NCBI GenBank assembly: GCA_947176415.1
Contig: CAMWQJ010000003.1
Coordinates: forward strand, 4,131 to 68,130
From: an uncultured Ruminococcus sp.
GTDB taxonomy: Bacteria; Bacillota; Clostridia; Oscillospirales; Ruminococcaceae
Length of the DNA stretch: 64,000 nucleotides
Reading direction: 5' to 3'
Shown here: piece by piece, positions 36,776-47,447 of the stretch
How the letters are laid out: the number at the start of each line of letters is the position of its first letter
How positions within the stretch are numbered: the stretch's first letter is position 1
Made by a program: the position numbers and the translations under genes
The notes under the pieces: generated by a model
The model's database searches: none
Seen by the model: only the letters and a program-made list of their open reading frames with translations
Told to the model about the DNA's origin: nothing

Positions 36776-37747
36776 ATGAAACTCGTTTCGGTTGTTGTTC
36801 CGTGCTACAATGAACAGGAAGTTCTGCCGATGTTCTATGATGAGATAACCAAAGTAACAGACAAGATGTCGGCTGATTATCCAGAACTTGAATTTGAATT
36901 TCTTTTCATAAACGACGGTTCAAAGGACAGAACACTGCAATTATTAAGAGAACTTGCCGACAGGGACAAGAGAGTAAGATATATATCTTTTTCCCGAAAT
37001 TTCGGTAAGGAATCAGGAATGTATGCAGGACTAAAAAACGCAAAGGGCGATTATGTCGTCGTAATGGACGCTGATTTACAGCACCCGCCGTCATTTCTTC
37101 CCGAAATGTACAGCTATGTAAAGGACGGAGAGTATGACTGTGCCACAACACGACGTGTAAACCGCAAGGGCGAATCAAAAGTCCGTTCATGGTTTGCCAT
37201 GCAGTTCTACAAAATAATGAACAAAATCTCACAGACGGAAATTGTCGACGGTGCACAGGATTTCAGATTCATGACAAGACAGATGGTTGACGCAATACTT
37301 GATATGTCAGAGTATAACAGATTTTCAAAGGGCATATTCAGCTGGGTAGGATTCAATGTCAGATATATTCCATATGAAAATGTAGAGCGACCAGCAGGCA
37401 CAACTTCATGGTCTTTCTGGGGACTCTTCAAATATTCCCTTGAGGGAATAATGGCTTTTTCAACTGCTCCGCTTGCTGTATCGTCGTTCCTCGGCATACT
37501 CAGCTGTATTATCTCTTTCATACTGATTATAATTACTGTAATCAAGACCCTTGCTTTCGGTGAAAGTGTAGACGGCTATCCTACAACTATATGTGTGATT
37601 TTCATGCTCAGCGGTCTGCAACTGTTCTGCACGGGTATTCTCGGACAGTATCTTTCAAAAACTTATCTCGAAACAAAAAAACGTCCTATCTACATTGCAA
37701 AGGAAACGGACGAGCTTTACAGAAACAGGAAAAAAGAAAAGTCCTGA
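36776..37747 (+). CDS. GT2 polyisoprenyl-phosphate glycosyltransferase (GtrB/CsbB-like)
   Basis: VVPCYNE, NDGSKD, SFSRNFGKE, MDADLQHPP, two C-terminal TMs, ETKKRPIYI. Confidence 0.92.
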   Translation: MKLVSVVVPCYNEQEVLPMFYDEITKVTDKMSADYPELEFEFLFINDGSKDRTLQLLRELADRDKRVRYISFSRNFGKESGMYAGLKNAKGDYVVVMDADLQHPPSFLPEMYSYVKDGEYDCATTRRVNRKGESKVRSWFAMQFYKIMNKISQTEIVDGAQDFRFMTRQMVDAILDMSEYNRFSKGIFSWVGFNVRYIPYENVERPAGTTSWSFWGLFKYSLEGIMAFSTAPLAVSSFLGILSCIISFILIIITVIKTLAFGESVDGYPTTICVIFMLSGLQLFCTGILGQYLSKTYLETKKRPIYIAKETDELYRNRKKEKS

Positions 37748-37775
37748 AACGGCTTGAAACAGGGGGTGCGGACTT

Positions 37776-38849
37776 ATCAACAGAAGAACTATATTTATTG
37801 TATCTGCACTTTTGGTTGTCATAATTCTGCTCGCCATATCTATAACGGGATTCTATTCCGATACGTCGGTGATTACAGGAAATGACGGATTCCGTGCCGA
37901 TATGGTGAGCAATATAGATAAAGACAGTTCGGATAACGTTATTTTCAGGGACAATAACGGGCTTTTCGGAATAATCGACAGCACGGACAGAATTATAGTC
38001 GCTCCCGAATGGGAGGATTTGAAATTCACAAAAAACAATAGTCTGTGCATAGCAAAACAGCGTATAGACGGAAATCTTCTCATGGGCTGTATAGACTATG
38101 AGGGAAATATAACAGTGCCTTTTATATATCAGAATATAGAATATCATGAATATAACAGCTTTTCTTTCTACATTGCCGAGCCAGCCGACGATAATTCATG
38201 CGTGATTTATGATGAGAGATTTGTGCCGTATTTCAGACGTTCATGGGACAGTTATACCCTTGAGGACGATGTAATGATTTTCAGGACGGAAAACGGTACA
38301 TATAAATATCTGATAAACGACGACGGATTTCATCTGCGGTCTGCCGAGGTAATCGGAAAAAGTATGGACAGAAGCTATCTTATCAGCATAGGGAGCAGAA
38401 TACTGTTATCAAAGCTGAGTGTGCCTATGATTGAAAAAATAGCCGAGGACACGGGAAAATATATAGAATTTGCCTATACGGGAAATGACGATATACTTTC
38501 AGATATAACAACGGGTGGACGCTCGGGATTTATAAGGCTTTTTCCCGACGACCACAGTATATTGTCAAAGAAATTACTCAATATTTCCGAAATATATATG
38601 TACTCTGTGCGTTCTGACGATACTGTACCGCACTATGCCGTGTCTGTCACGGCAGAAACGGAGATAGAATATTCCGACGAAAAAACAGGACACAGCACCC
38701 TGAAAGACAAGTACACCGCCGTAATTGAGTTCAGCGGACGTTCCGAAAACGACCTGACAGCCGTTTCGGGAAGTTTTGAACAGGAAAAACCCGAATATCC
38801 TGTTATTGAAGATGTGACAGAAAACAGGACAGAAGAAAATCAGACATAA
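37776..38849 (+). CDS. Membrane-anchored hypothetical protein with WG-like repeats
   Basis: TM then GLFGIIDSTDRIIVAPEWE and GCIDYEGNITVPFIY repeats; frame is open from 37758, SD-spaced start looks like ATC 37776 (ORF track uses TTG 37812). Confidence 0.65.
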   Translation: MNRRTIFIVSALLVVIILLAISITGFYSDTSVITGNDGFRADMVSNIDKDSSDNVIFRDNNGLFGIIDSTDRIIVAPEWEDLKFTKNNSLCIAKQRIDGNLLMGCIDYEGNITVPFIYQNIEYHEYNSFSFYIAEPADDNSCVIYDERFVPYFRRSWDSYTLEDDVMIFRTENGTYKYLINDDGFHLRSAEVIGKSMDRSYLISIGSRILLSKLSVPMIEKIAEDTGKYIEFAYTGNDDILSDITTGGRSGFIRLFPDDHSILSKKLLNISEIYMYSVRSDDTVPHYAVSVTAETEIEYSDEKTGHSTLKDKYTAVIEFSGRSENDLTAVSGSFEQEKPEYPVIEDVTENRTEENQT

Positions 38850-38891
38850 TAAAAAAACCGCTTTATAATGCGGAGTAAGGAGTTAATAAAT

Positions 38892-39392
38892 ATGTCAAAA
38901 AAAGTTGCGGTTATAATGGGAAGCAACAGCGATTTTCCCGTTGTGAAGTCGGCAATTGCCGAACTCAAGAAATACAGCGTTGAATACGAGTGCCGTGTTA
39001 TGTCGGCACACAGAACACCCGAAGAGGCTTGCGGGTTTGCGAGAAATGCCAAGGAAAACGGATTCGGCGTTATCATATGTGCGGCAGGTATGGCGGCACA
39101 CCTCGCAGGAGTTATTGCAGGACACACAACCCTCCCCGTTATCGCCATTCCCATGAAGTCGGCAGTTTTAGAGGGCATGGACGCTCTCTTATCGTCCGTA
39201 ATGATGCCCCCCGGAGTTCCTGTTGCAACGGTCGGCATAAACGGTGCAAAGAATGCGGGTATACTTGCGGTACAGATGCTTGCAATCTCTGACGAAGAAC
39301 TCGCACAGAAGTTAGCAGACGAAAAAATCAAAATGGCTGAGGGCGTACGACAGAAAGATATTGAATTACAGGAGGAATTGAAAAATGTTTGA
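38892..39392 (+). CDS. purE: N5-CAIR mutase
   Basis: VIMGSNSD, SAHRTP, AGMAAHL, MPPGVPVATVG. Confidence 0.97.
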   Translation: MSKKVAVIMGSNSDFPVVKSAIAELKKYSVEYECRVMSAHRTPEEACGFARNAKENGFGVIICAAGMAAHLAGVIAGHTTLPVIAIPMKSAVLEGMDALLSSVMMPPGVPVATVGINGAKNAGILAVQMLAISDEELAQKLADEKIKMAEGVRQKDIELQEELKNV

Positions 39393-39582
39393 CAAAAAGG
39401 AAAAGAAATCAAAGCGTTTTGTTGTCAAAGAAGAACAGAATCTCGGTATATGTGCAATACAGATTATTGTTGATACTGTTACAGGTGTTAATTATTTAAA
39501 TACCGTCGGTACATCAATGGCAGGACTTACTCCCCTGCTTGACGACAAGGGAAATGTAATAATTGACAAAACAAATAAATAA
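39385..39582 (+). CDS. Small hypothetical protein (DUF6440-like)
   Basis: KRF...[13 protein letters not shown]....GLTPLLD..G pattern; GGAGG SD inside the purE 3' end. Confidence 0.65.
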   Translation: MFDKKEKKSKRFVVKEEQNLGICAIQIIVDTVTGVNYLNTVGTSMAGLTPLLDDKGNVIIDKTNK

Positions 39583-39646
39583 AACTGCTTTACCTGTTCA
39601 CAAAGATGTGAACTTGTATACATATTTCACAGGAGGTTTTTTTAAA

Positions 39647-40366
39647 ATGGAAAACATTGTTAAACTGGAACAGCTTTACGAGGGTAAAGCAAAAAAGGTA
39701 TATGCAACAAACGACCCTGACATCGTAATTGTTGACTACAAGGACGACGCAACAGCTTTCAACGGCGAAAAAAAGGGTACAATCTCGGGCAAGGGAGTTG
39801 TCAACAACAGAATGACTAACTTCATGTTCAAGATGCTTGAAAAGGAGGGCGTTCCCACACATCTCGTTGAAGAAATCAGCGACCGTGAAACTATTGTAAA
39901 GAAAGTTTCAATCGTTCCGCTTGAGGTTATTGTAAGAAACGTTGCAGCAGGTTCATTCTCAAAGAGAATGGGCGTTGAAGAGGGCAGACAGCTTCTTACT
40001 CCTATTCTTGAGTTCAGCTATAAGAACGACGACCTCGGCGACCCTTTTATAAATGACTACTATGCTCTCGCTCTCGGTCTCGCAACAAAGGAAGAACTCG
40101 ACACAATCGCAGAATATGCGTTCAAGGTAAACGCATTCATGCTTGACTTCTTTAAAGGTCTTAATATCGACCTTATTGATTTCAAGATAGAGTTTGGCAA
40201 GACTTCCGACGGAACTATAATTCTTGCCGACGAAATCTCGCCCGATACCTGTCGTTTCTGGGATAGCACAACTCACGAAAAACTTGATAAAGACCGTTTC
40301 CGTCGTGATATGGGCGGTGTTGAAGAAGCATATCAGGAAATCATGAAAAGACTGATGGGAGAATAA
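39647..40366 (+). CDS. purC: SAICAR synthetase
   Basis: [49 protein letters not shown]. Confidence 0.97.
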   Translation: MENIVKLEQLYEGKAKKVYATNDPDIVIVDYKDDATAFNGEKKGTISGKGVVNNRMTNFMFKMLEKEGVPTHLVEEISDRETIVKKVSIVPLEVIVRNVAAGSFSKRMGVEEGRQLLTPILEFSYKNDDLGDPFINDYYALALGLATKEELDTIAEYAFKVNAFMLDFFKGLNIDLIDFKIEFGKTSDGTIILADEISPDTCRFWDSTTHEKLDKDRFRRDMGGVEEAYQEIMKRLMGE

Positions 40367-40370
40367 TTCT

Positions 40371-41795
40371 ATGGGCGGATTTTTTGGTGCAGTTTCAAAA
40401 AACGACTGCGTGACGGACGTATTTTTCGGAACAGACTACCATTCACATTTAGGCACTCGCCGTGGAGGCATGACATCTTATTCCGAAGAACTCGGTTTCC
40501 AGCGTAATATCCACAGCATCGAAAACTCACCTTTCAGAACTAAATTTGAAGATGATGTTGTCAAAATGCGTGGCAAACTCTGTATAGGAAGTATAAGCGA
40601 TACAGACCCACAGCCTATCCTTGTACGTTCAAAACTCGGTCTCTATGCCGTCTGTTCGGTCGGAATAATCAGAAACGCAGATACACTTGTGAATGAACTT
40701 CTTGAAAACGGCTGTGCAAACTTCGAGACAATGAGTAGCGGAAACATAAACTCAGGCGGTCTTATCGGTGCATTAATCGCACAGAAAGACTCTTTTGTGG
40801 AGGGAATACGCTATGCACAGGAAAAAATCGAAGGCACTATGTCGCTGATTATCCTGACAAAAGATTCAATCATTGCTTCAAGGGACAAATATGGCAGACT
40901 TCCTATTATCATAGGAAAAAGAAGTGACGGCTTCTGTCTTTCAACGGAGTCATTCGCATTTCAGAAACTCGGCTATAATACTTATAAGGAACTCACTGCG
41001 GGCGAAATAGTAAAGATAGATTCTGACAAGTGCGAAACACTCAGCGAAGGCGACCCCTCGAAAATGAAGATATGCACTTTTCTGTGGACTTATTACGGAT
41101 ATCCGACGGCAGTATATGAGGGTGTCAACGTTGAGGCAATGCGTACACGCAACGGTGAGATAATGGCGGAAAATGACATAAAGGCAGGTAAGCTCCCCGA
41201 GGTTGACTATGTTTGTGGTATACCTGATTCGGGAACTCCGCACGCTATCGGTTATGCGAACAGGAGCGGTATACCTTTTGCAAGACCTTTTATCAAGTAT
41301 ACTCCAACATGGCCGAGAAGTTTTATGCCAACAAATCAAAGTATGCGTAATCAGGTTGCAAAAATGAAACTCATTCCCGTACATGAACTTATAGAGGGAA
41401 AAAGACTTCTCTTTGTCGATGACAGCATAGTGCGTGGTACGCAGATGAGAGAGACGGTTGAATTTCTTTATGAAAACGGTGCAAAGGAAGTTCATATGCG
41501 TTCAGCCTGTCCGCCGATAATGTACGGCTGTAAATATCTCAACTTCTCACGCAGTCATTCCGAACTTGAACTTATCGCAAGGCAGATTATAGACGAGTTC
41601 GAGGGTGCGGAGGGCGTAAAGTACCTTGCGGAATACAGCGATACAAATACCGAAAGGGGCAGGCGTATGCGTGACGAGATATGCAGAAGACTCAAGCTGA
41701 CTTCCCTTGAATTTCAGTCGCTCGAAGGCAAGATTAATGCGGTAGGTCTGCCACAGTGCAATCTCTGCACTTACTGCTGGAGCGGTGAAGAATAA
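40371..41795 (+). CDS. purF: Amidophosphoribosyltransferase (variant without N-terminal Cys)
   Basis: [34 protein letters not shown]; N-terminus is MGGFFG. Confidence 0.9.
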   Translation: MGGFFGAVSKNDCVTDVFFGTDYHSHLGTRRGGMTSYSEELGFQRNIHSIENSPFRTKFEDDVVKMRGKLCIGSISDTDPQPILVRSKLGLYAVCSVGIIRNADTLVNELLENGCANFETMSSGNINSGGLIGALIAQKDSFVEGIRYAQEKIEGTMSLIILTKDSIIASRDKYGRLPIIIGKRSDGFCLSTESFAFQKLGYNTYKELTAGEIVKIDSDKCETLSEGDPSKMKICTFLWTYYGYPTAVYEGVNVEAMRTRNGEIMAENDIKAGKLPEVDYVCGIPDSGTPHAIGYANRSGIPFARPFIKYTPTWPRSFMPTNQSMRNQVAKMKLIPVHELIEGKRLLFVDDSIVRGTQMRETVEFLYENGAKEVHMRSACPPIMYGCKYLNFSRSHSELELIARQIIDEFEGAEGVKYLAEYSDTNTERGRRMRDEICRRLKLTSLEFQSLEGKINAVGLPQCNLCTYCWSGEE

Positions 41796-41875
41796 TAAAA
41801 TCATTCCGACAGACAGAACCTGTTTTCATATTTGCGGAGGCAGGTTCTGCAAAATATAAGGAGGTTTTTAAACCA

Positions 41876-42913
41876 ATGAATAACAGTTTTTCAAAGAGCT
41901 ACGAAAAGGCGGGCGTGGACGTTACGGCAGGTTACAAGGCTGTTGAACTCATGAAGAAGCATATAGCAAGGACAATGACGGCGGGGGCAATATCAGGAAT
42001 CGGCGGATTCGGCGGTCTTTTTGAGCTTGATATGACAGGTATAAAAAAGCCCGTACTTGTTTCGGGAACGGACGGCGTCGGAACTAAAATAAAAATAGCT
42101 TTTATCATGGACAAACACGATACAGTCGGAATAGACTGCGTGGCTATGTGTGTGAATGACATAATCTGTTGCGGAGCAAAACCGCAGTTTTTCCTTGACT
42201 ATATCGCCTGCGGAAAGAATTATCCCGAAAAGATAGCCGAGATTGTTTCAGGCGTTGCTGAAGGCTGTGTGCAGGCAGAGTGTTCATTGATAGGCGGAGA
42301 AACAGCAGAACACCCCGGACTTATGCCCCTTGATGAGTACGATTTAGCAGGATTTTCAGTAGGCGTTGTTGACAAGGATAAAATCCTCCGCCCAGAAACG
42401 CAGAAGGCAGGCGACGTACTTATTGCGATAAAGTCAAGCGGTGTGCATTCAAACGGCTTTTCACTCGTGAGAAAAGTTTTTGACGTAAACGAAAAAAATC
42501 TTGCCGTACATTTTGACGACCTCGGCAAAACTCTTGGCGAGTGTCTGCTTACCCCGACAAGAATTTATGTAAAGGCAATAACCAGACTTATCGACAGTGT
42601 TGAAGTAAAAGCCATATCCCATATAACAGGAGGCGGATTCTATGAGAATATCCCACGTGTGCTTCCGCAGGGTATTTCCGCAAAGATAGAGAGAAACGCT
42701 GTACAGGTACTTCCGATTTTCGACTTAATCAAACGTTCAGGCGATATTCCCGAAAGAGATATGTTCAATACTTTCAATATGGGTGTAGGCATGATGGTTT
42801 CAGTTGACAAAAACGACGCTGACAAGGCGGTTGAAGTTCTCAAATCCGCTGGCGAAGAGGCTTATATTCTCGGAGAACTCGTTGAATCCGAAGAGGGCGT
42901 TATCATCTGCTGA
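41876..42913 (+). CDS. purM: AIR synthetase
   Basis: [51 protein letters not shown]. Confidence 0.97.
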   Translation: MNNSFSKSYEKAGVDVTAGYKAVELMKKHIARTMTAGAISGIGGFGGLFELDMTGIKKPVLVSGTDGVGTKIKIAFIMDKHDTVGIDCVAMCVNDIICCGAKPQFFLDYIACGKNYPEKIAEIVSGVAEGCVQAECSLIGGETAEHPGLMPLDEYDLAGFSVGVVDKDKILRPETQKAGDVLIAIKSSGVHSNGFSLVRKVFDVNEKNLAVHFDDLGKTLGECLLTPTRIYVKAITRLIDSVEVKAISHITGGGFYENIPRVLPQGISAKIERNAVQVLPIFDLIKRSGDIPERDMFNTFNMGVGMMVSVDKNDADKAVEVLKSAGEEAYILGELVESEEGVIIC

Positions 42914-43051
42914 TAAAATTTGCAGAGACGATATATATACAAATCAAAGCGAATAAAATAAAATATATCTGCGGTAGTGCTTATGCGGTATTCTGATTTT
43001 TAATAAGTACCGCATACGCCACCGTCAGTCGTAATATAAGGAGTGATTATA

Positions 43052-43585
43052 ATGAAATGTCCATATTGTGGCGGAGAAACCACAGCCAGAAAATGCGAAT
43101 ACTGCAACTCAGATTTAAGCGAATATTATGTAAACAACGGTACATTAGGCGGTACTGTTTCAGGAATAATAAGCAATATGGGACAAAGTATTGTCAACAG
43201 CATAGGCGGTAACAACAATCCGCCGTCAAATACTCCGAACATAAACACAGGCATAAGTCAGAATACAACAAACGTTACACAGAATATAATAGTCGGACAG
43301 TCGGTTGATTTTCAGAACAACAATATGAACGCAAATATGATGCAGATGAATGCTAATGTAAATATACCCGTCGAGTCACGGAAAAGCAAGGTCCTTGCTA
43401 TTATCCTGTGCATAATAGGATTTTTCGGTTTCGGCGGTCTCCACAGATTATACACGGGTAAATACATCTCAGGCATTATATGGCTTTTTACATACGGTCT
43501 TTTTGGTATAGGAACAGTTGTAGACCTTATTCTTCTTCTGACGGGAAAATTTTACGACAAAGACGACAAGCCATTGTTGAGATAG
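43052..43585 (+). CDS. Zn-ribbon + TM2 domain protein
   Basis: MKCPYCGG...KCEYC; Asn/Gln-rich linker; KSKVLAIILC..GFFGFGGLHRLYTGK...GIIWLFT.GLFGIG...D TM2 motif. Confidence 0.85.
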   Translation: MKCPYCGGETTARKCEYCNSDLSEYYVNNGTLGGTVSGIISNMGQSIVNSIGGNNNPPSNTPNINTGISQNTTNVTQNIIVGQSVDFQNNNMNANMMQMNANVNIPVESRKSKVLAIILCIIGFFGFGGLHRLYTGKYISGIIWLFTYGLFGIGTVVDLILLLTGKFYDKDDKPLLR

Positions 43586-43598
43586 CGGAGGGGTAAAT

Positions 43599-44222
43599 AT
43601 GAAAAATATAGTTGTGCTTGTTTCGGGCGGTGGAACTAATCTTCAGGCACTGATAGATGCCGAAAAATCCGGAAATATAAAGGGTGGAAAAATAACCTGT
43701 GTTATTTCCTCAAACCCTGAAGCATATGCACTTGAAAGAGCAAAGAATAATAACATTCCAACAATGGTTATACCACGGAAGAAATATTCCGACAGTATTG
43801 CATACAGCCATGCAATACTTGACGAACTCAACAATCTGAAAGCAGATTTGATTGTGCTGGCAGGTTTCATGACGATTCTTGACGAATGCGTTACAAAAGC
43901 TTATCCATATAAAATCATAAACGTTCACCCCGCACTTATTCCGTCATTCTGCGGTGAGGGATTCTATGGACTCAAAGTCCACGAAAAAGCCCTTGAATAC
44001 GGTGTAAAAATATCAGGTGCAACGATACATTTCGTCAACGAAAAGGCAGACGCAGGTGCAATAATATTACAGGGAACTGTAAACGTAGAAAACAATGACA
44101 CACCCGAAATTTTACAACGTCGCATTATGGAAAACGTCGAGTGGAAATTACTACCCGAAGCCGTATCGCTGTTCTGTCAGGACAGAATCGAAATTATCAA
44201 TGGAAAGGCTTATATAAAATGA
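43599..44222 (+). CDS. purN: Phosphoribosylglycinamide formyltransferase
   Basis: VSGGGTNLQAL, LAGFM, INVHPALIPSF, GATIHFV. Confidence 0.96.
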   Translation: MKNIVVLVSGGGTNLQALIDAEKSGNIKGGKITCVISSNPEAYALERAKNNNIPTMVIPRKKYSDSIAYSHAILDELNNLKADLIVLAGFMTILDECVTKAYPYKIINVHPALIPSFCGEGFYGLKVHEKALEYGVKISGATIHFVNEKADAGAIILQGTVNVENNDTPEILQRRIMENVEWKLLPEAVSLFCQDRIEIINGKAYIK

Positions 44223-44710
44223 TTACAGACATCAGAAAAACAGAAATAGGCATTGAGGGAAAATTATACTCAGAAGTATTCAATACTGAAATTGATGTCC
44301 ATATTGACGAGGAATGCAGTATTGAATATGCACAGAAATGTGCCGAACATTTCAACAGTTTAAACAGTGAACTTGTTGAAACTATTTGCAGAGGTGCAAA
44401 AGCTTATTGTCTTGACTTCATGGAGATTGCAGGCGGTGACTGGGACGAGGAGCTGACAATTCCCGTAACTGCTGAAACTCCGCCACTTGAAATGCTGAAA
44501 TGTTTCAAGCCGACTGTTTTTATAGTCGAAAAACCCGAAGACAAAAACAAAATAGGCTATCAGCTTGAATGTTGTTGCGACTGGGAAATTGAACATGGTA
44601 TGGAAATTGATATACTTGACAACAAAGTTGTGTATCTCAGTTCATTCAATGATTATTCGCCATGGTATGAATACGACACCGACGAATACAATTATATAAA
44701 TCAGATATAA
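44219..44710 (+). CDS. Acidic hypothetical protein (DUF6985-like)
   Basis: ATG overlaps the purN stop (ATGA); LECCCDWEIEHGMEI...NKVVYL motif. Confidence 0.65.
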   Translation: MITDIRKTEIGIEGKLYSEVFNTEIDVHIDEECSIEYAQKCAEHFNSLNSELVETICRGAKAYCLDFMEIAGGDWDEELTIPVTAETPPLEMLKCFKPTVFIVEKPEDKNKIGYQLECCCDWEIEHGMEIDILDNKVVYLSSFNDYSPWYEYDTDEYNYINQI

Positions 44711-44724
44711 AGGAGAAGTTTATC

Positions 44725-45438
44725 ATGGAAAAACTTGATATTGCAAAAGAACTCAGTTCAAACGCATACCCTGGAAGAGGTATAATAATAGGAAGATGTG
44801 AGTGCGGTAAGTACGCCGTTACTGCATACTTCATCATGGGCAGAAGTGAAAACAGTCGTAACCGTGTTTTTGTCGAGGAGGGCAGAGGCATAAGAACACA
44901 GGCTTTTGACCCGTCCAAACTTACAGACCCACATCTTATTATATATGCACCCGTGCGTGTTCTTGGCAACAAGCTCATCGTTACAAACGGCGACCAGACA
45001 GATACTATATATGAACTCATGGACAAGCAGTATACATTTGAACAGTCACTCCGCACAAGAGAATTTGAAGACGATGCTCCGAACTACACGCCGAGAATTT
45101 CTGGCATACTTCACTTTGAGAACGGCGGTTTCAACTATGCAATGTCTATTCTCAAGAGTGCAGACGGAAACCCTGATTCGTGCCTGAGACATACTTTCAC
45201 ATACAGCAATCCCGTTGCAGGCGAGGGACATTTTATTCATACCTATATGGGCGATGGAAATCCGCTTCCGAGTTTCACGGGCGAGCCGAAAAAAGTCGCT
45301 ATAAAGGGCGGTATAGACGAGTTTACGGAAACTATCTGGAATAACCTTAACGAAGATAACAAGGTATCACTGTTTGTGCGATATGTAAATCTTGAGGACG
45401 GTTCTGAGGAGACAAGAATAGTCAACAAAAACAAGTGA
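44725..45438 (+). CDS. Stand-alone IMP cyclohydrolase (PurO-like)
   Basis: YPGRGIIIG, AYFIMGRSENSRNR, HLIIY, TNGDQTD, EDDAPNYTPRISG. Confidence 0.88.
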   Translation: MEKLDIAKELSSNAYPGRGIIIGRCECGKYAVTAYFIMGRSENSRNRVFVEEGRGIRTQAFDPSKLTDPHLIIYAPVRVLGNKLIVTNGDQTDTIYELMDKQYTFEQSLRTREFEDDAPNYTPRISGILHFENGGFNYAMSILKSADGNPDSCLRHTFTYSNPVAGEGHFIHTYMGDGNPLPSFTGEPKKVAIKGGIDEFTETIWNNLNEDNKVSLFVRYVNLEDGSEETRIVNKNK

Positions 45439-46226
45439 AAAAGCTGATTTTCATACTGCTTTGTGCTGTATGCCTTGTATCATGCAGTGATACTTCTGTA
45501 AGTGAGGAGATTTCTTCTTCTGAAGAAGTCTCTGTCACTGAAACTGTCACAACGACGGTATCTGAAAATAAGAATGAAACAGCTGATATAGAAATACCAA
45601 AAAATGCAGAGTACAAGCAGACTGCAACAATTTACAACAGTCACGGATTTTTCGAAAAAATAGTAAATATTTTTGATGAAAATGATAATGTGCTTATAAA
45701 TCTTGTGTATATTTCCGAAAATGGAGAACCGCCGACAAGCTGGACAATTTATACTTATGATACAGACAACAGGCTTATTAAAGAGGATTTTTATTGTAAC
45801 AACAGATTACTTAATTATACTGAATACGAATACGACGAAAACGGTATCATAATTTCAGATACAGAATATTATAACATTAATAATGATGAAGTTCAGGAAA
45901 TAAGAACAGAGTATATTTATAATGATAATGGCATATTATCCGCAAAACAGACATATCAGCAGAACGGAAATAAATCATATAGTTATCATTATGAATATGA
46001 CGAGCAGAACAGATTGATAAAAGAGAATTTTAATGGCAGAATAAATTCCTGTTGTTCTTACTCATATGACGAAAACGGCAATATTTCAGAAAAAACAGAC
46101 AACGGTGAATATGGTATCACAGTAGCATATTATACTTATGATGACAATAACCGTTTAATAAGTGCAGAAGAATATAACGACGATGAACTTATTCACACTT
46201 ATGAATACGAATACGAAAAATTATGA
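45435..46226 (+). CDS. Lipoprotein with YD/RHS-like beta-hairpin repeats
   Basis: Lipobox LVS-C; repeats YTYDTDNRLIKE, YEYDENG, YEYDEQNRLIKE, YSYDENGN, YTYDDNNRL. Confidence 0.75.
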   Translation: MKKLIFILLCAVCLVSCSDTSVSEEISSSEEVSVTETVTTTVSENKNETADIEIPKNAEYKQTATIYNSHGFFEKIVNIFDENDNVLINLVYISENGEPPTSWTIYTYDTDNRLIKEDFYCNNRLLNYTEYEYDENGIIISDTEYYNINNDEVQEIRTEYIYNDNGILSAKQTYQQNGNKSYSYHYEYDEQNRLIKENFNGRINSCCSYSYDENGNISEKTDNGEYGITVAYYTYDDNNRLISAEEYNDDELIHTYEYEYEKL

Positions 46227-46324
46227 TTGTTTCTTTTGATTTGAACGAGACTTTATTTGTGAATCCTGAAAAAGTTTCGGCGGAAAACAAACTCAATTTT
46301 TCGCCGGACTTCCGCAACGGATAG
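46223..46324 (+). pseudogene. HAD-gene 5' remnant 1 (33 codons)
   Basis: MIVSFDLNETLFVNPEKVSAENKLNFSPDFRNG*; aligns with ITVSFDLDETLFINPEKVSAEKSLKFPLD of 47448..47942. Confidence 0.8.
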
Positions 46325-46350
46325 CAACAATATAAAGGAGACGACTACAT

Positions 46351-46809
46351 ATGGCTGAAATTTTAAAATGCCCTAATTGCAATGCACCAATTCACATAAC
46401 TGAAAATATGAATACAGCAAAATGTGAATATTGTGATACCGAAATTATCCTTAACGAATACAGACCATATTTCGAAAACACTATAACAAAACATGAAATA
46501 AATTATTCGAAACTCAGAAAAAAATGGAATAAATCAATAATAACAACTGATATTATTCAGATAGCAATATCATTTTCATTTGTTATTTTAATGAACTCGC
46601 ATTCAGATATCCTGAACGGTATTGGTATATTGGTACTTTTTGTATCAGCGGTTTACTCTGTGGCACTGCCCGTACATCTGGCACACAAAAGACCCGTAAA
46701 TCCGAACGCTAAAAATCCGTCAAAATTCTCCACAGGACTTATGCTGTATGGTCTTTTCCTTATATCATTCGCTGTTACAGCATTTATCACCATTCCCGCT
46801 ACTATATGA
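46351..46809 (+). CDS. Zn-ribbon membrane protein, paralog 1
   Basis: CPNC...CEYC N-terminus, KKW motif, three hydrophobic segments. Confidence 0.8.
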   Translation: MAEILKCPNCNAPIHITENMNTAKCEYCDTEIILNEYRPYFENTITKHEINYSKLRKKWNKSIITTDIIQIAISFSFVILMNSHSDILNGIGILVLFVSAVYSVALPVHLAHKRPVNPNAKNPSKFSTGLMLYGLFLISFAVTAFITIPATI

Positions 46810-46907
46810 TTTTTTCATTCAGTCGTGACAAAACGCTTTTTATAAATCCCGAAAAAGTTTCGGCTGAAAACAAACTCAATTTTCCGCCGGACTTCTGCAA
46901 CGGATAG
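46806..46907 (+). pseudogene. HAD-gene 5' remnant 2 (33 codons)
   Basis: MIFSFSRDKTLFINPEKVSAENKLNFPPDFCNG*; DNA nearly identical to the HAD gene over aaacgctttttataaatcccgaaaaagtttcggctgaaaa. Confidence 0.8.
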
Positions 46908-46933
46908 CAACAATATAAAGGAGATGACATATT

Positions 46934-47443
46934 ATGACTGAAATTTTAAGATGTCCGAACTGCAATGCACAGATTCATGTAGTTTCAGGCAGAAACATTC
47001 TGAAATGCGAATACTGCGATACAGAAGTAATTATAAATAATAATATTCAGAACTTTTCCTCACAGACAAACGGCTTTCCGCAACAGATAAATGGATTTCC
47101 TCAACAGATGAATAGATTCCTAAATCAATATGTCCATACGAGAAATTATGCGGAAGAGATGAAAAAATGGAAAAAATCATTTCACAGGCGTCTCATAATA
47201 CAAGCTATGCTTACGGCTTTTTTCGCAATACTAATGGAAGAGGATTTTGCAGATATCGGTGCAATTGTATTTTTGTTTGCCGTTGTCTACTCTTTAGTTA
47301 TGACGTTTTATCTTATAAAGAACAAACCTCTTTCACCACTGCCACAGGACAATAACAAGTTTCTTGACTTCATGAAGATTTATCCACTATTTGCAGGAAC
47401 ATTCTGGGGTGGTATGATACTTATGGGAATTATCCTTTACTAA
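46934..47443 (+). CDS. Zn-ribbon membrane protein, paralog 2
   Basis: CPNC...CEYC, YAEEMKKWKK, three hydrophobic segments. Confidence 0.8.
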   Translation: MTEILRCPNCNAQIHVVSGRNILKCEYCDTEVIINNNIQNFSSQTNGFPQQINGFPQQMNRFLNQYVHTRNYAEEMKKWKKSFHRRLIIQAMLTAFFAILMEEDFADIGAIVFLFAVVYSLVMTFYLIKNKPLSPLPQDNNKFLDFMKIYPLFAGTFWGGMILMGIILY

Positions 47444-47447
47444 ATCC

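Noticed and set aside
42914-43042. ZMP/ZTP or purine riboswitch in the pur operon
   Set aside because: The conserved core sequences of neither class are recognisable; only a plain hairpin.
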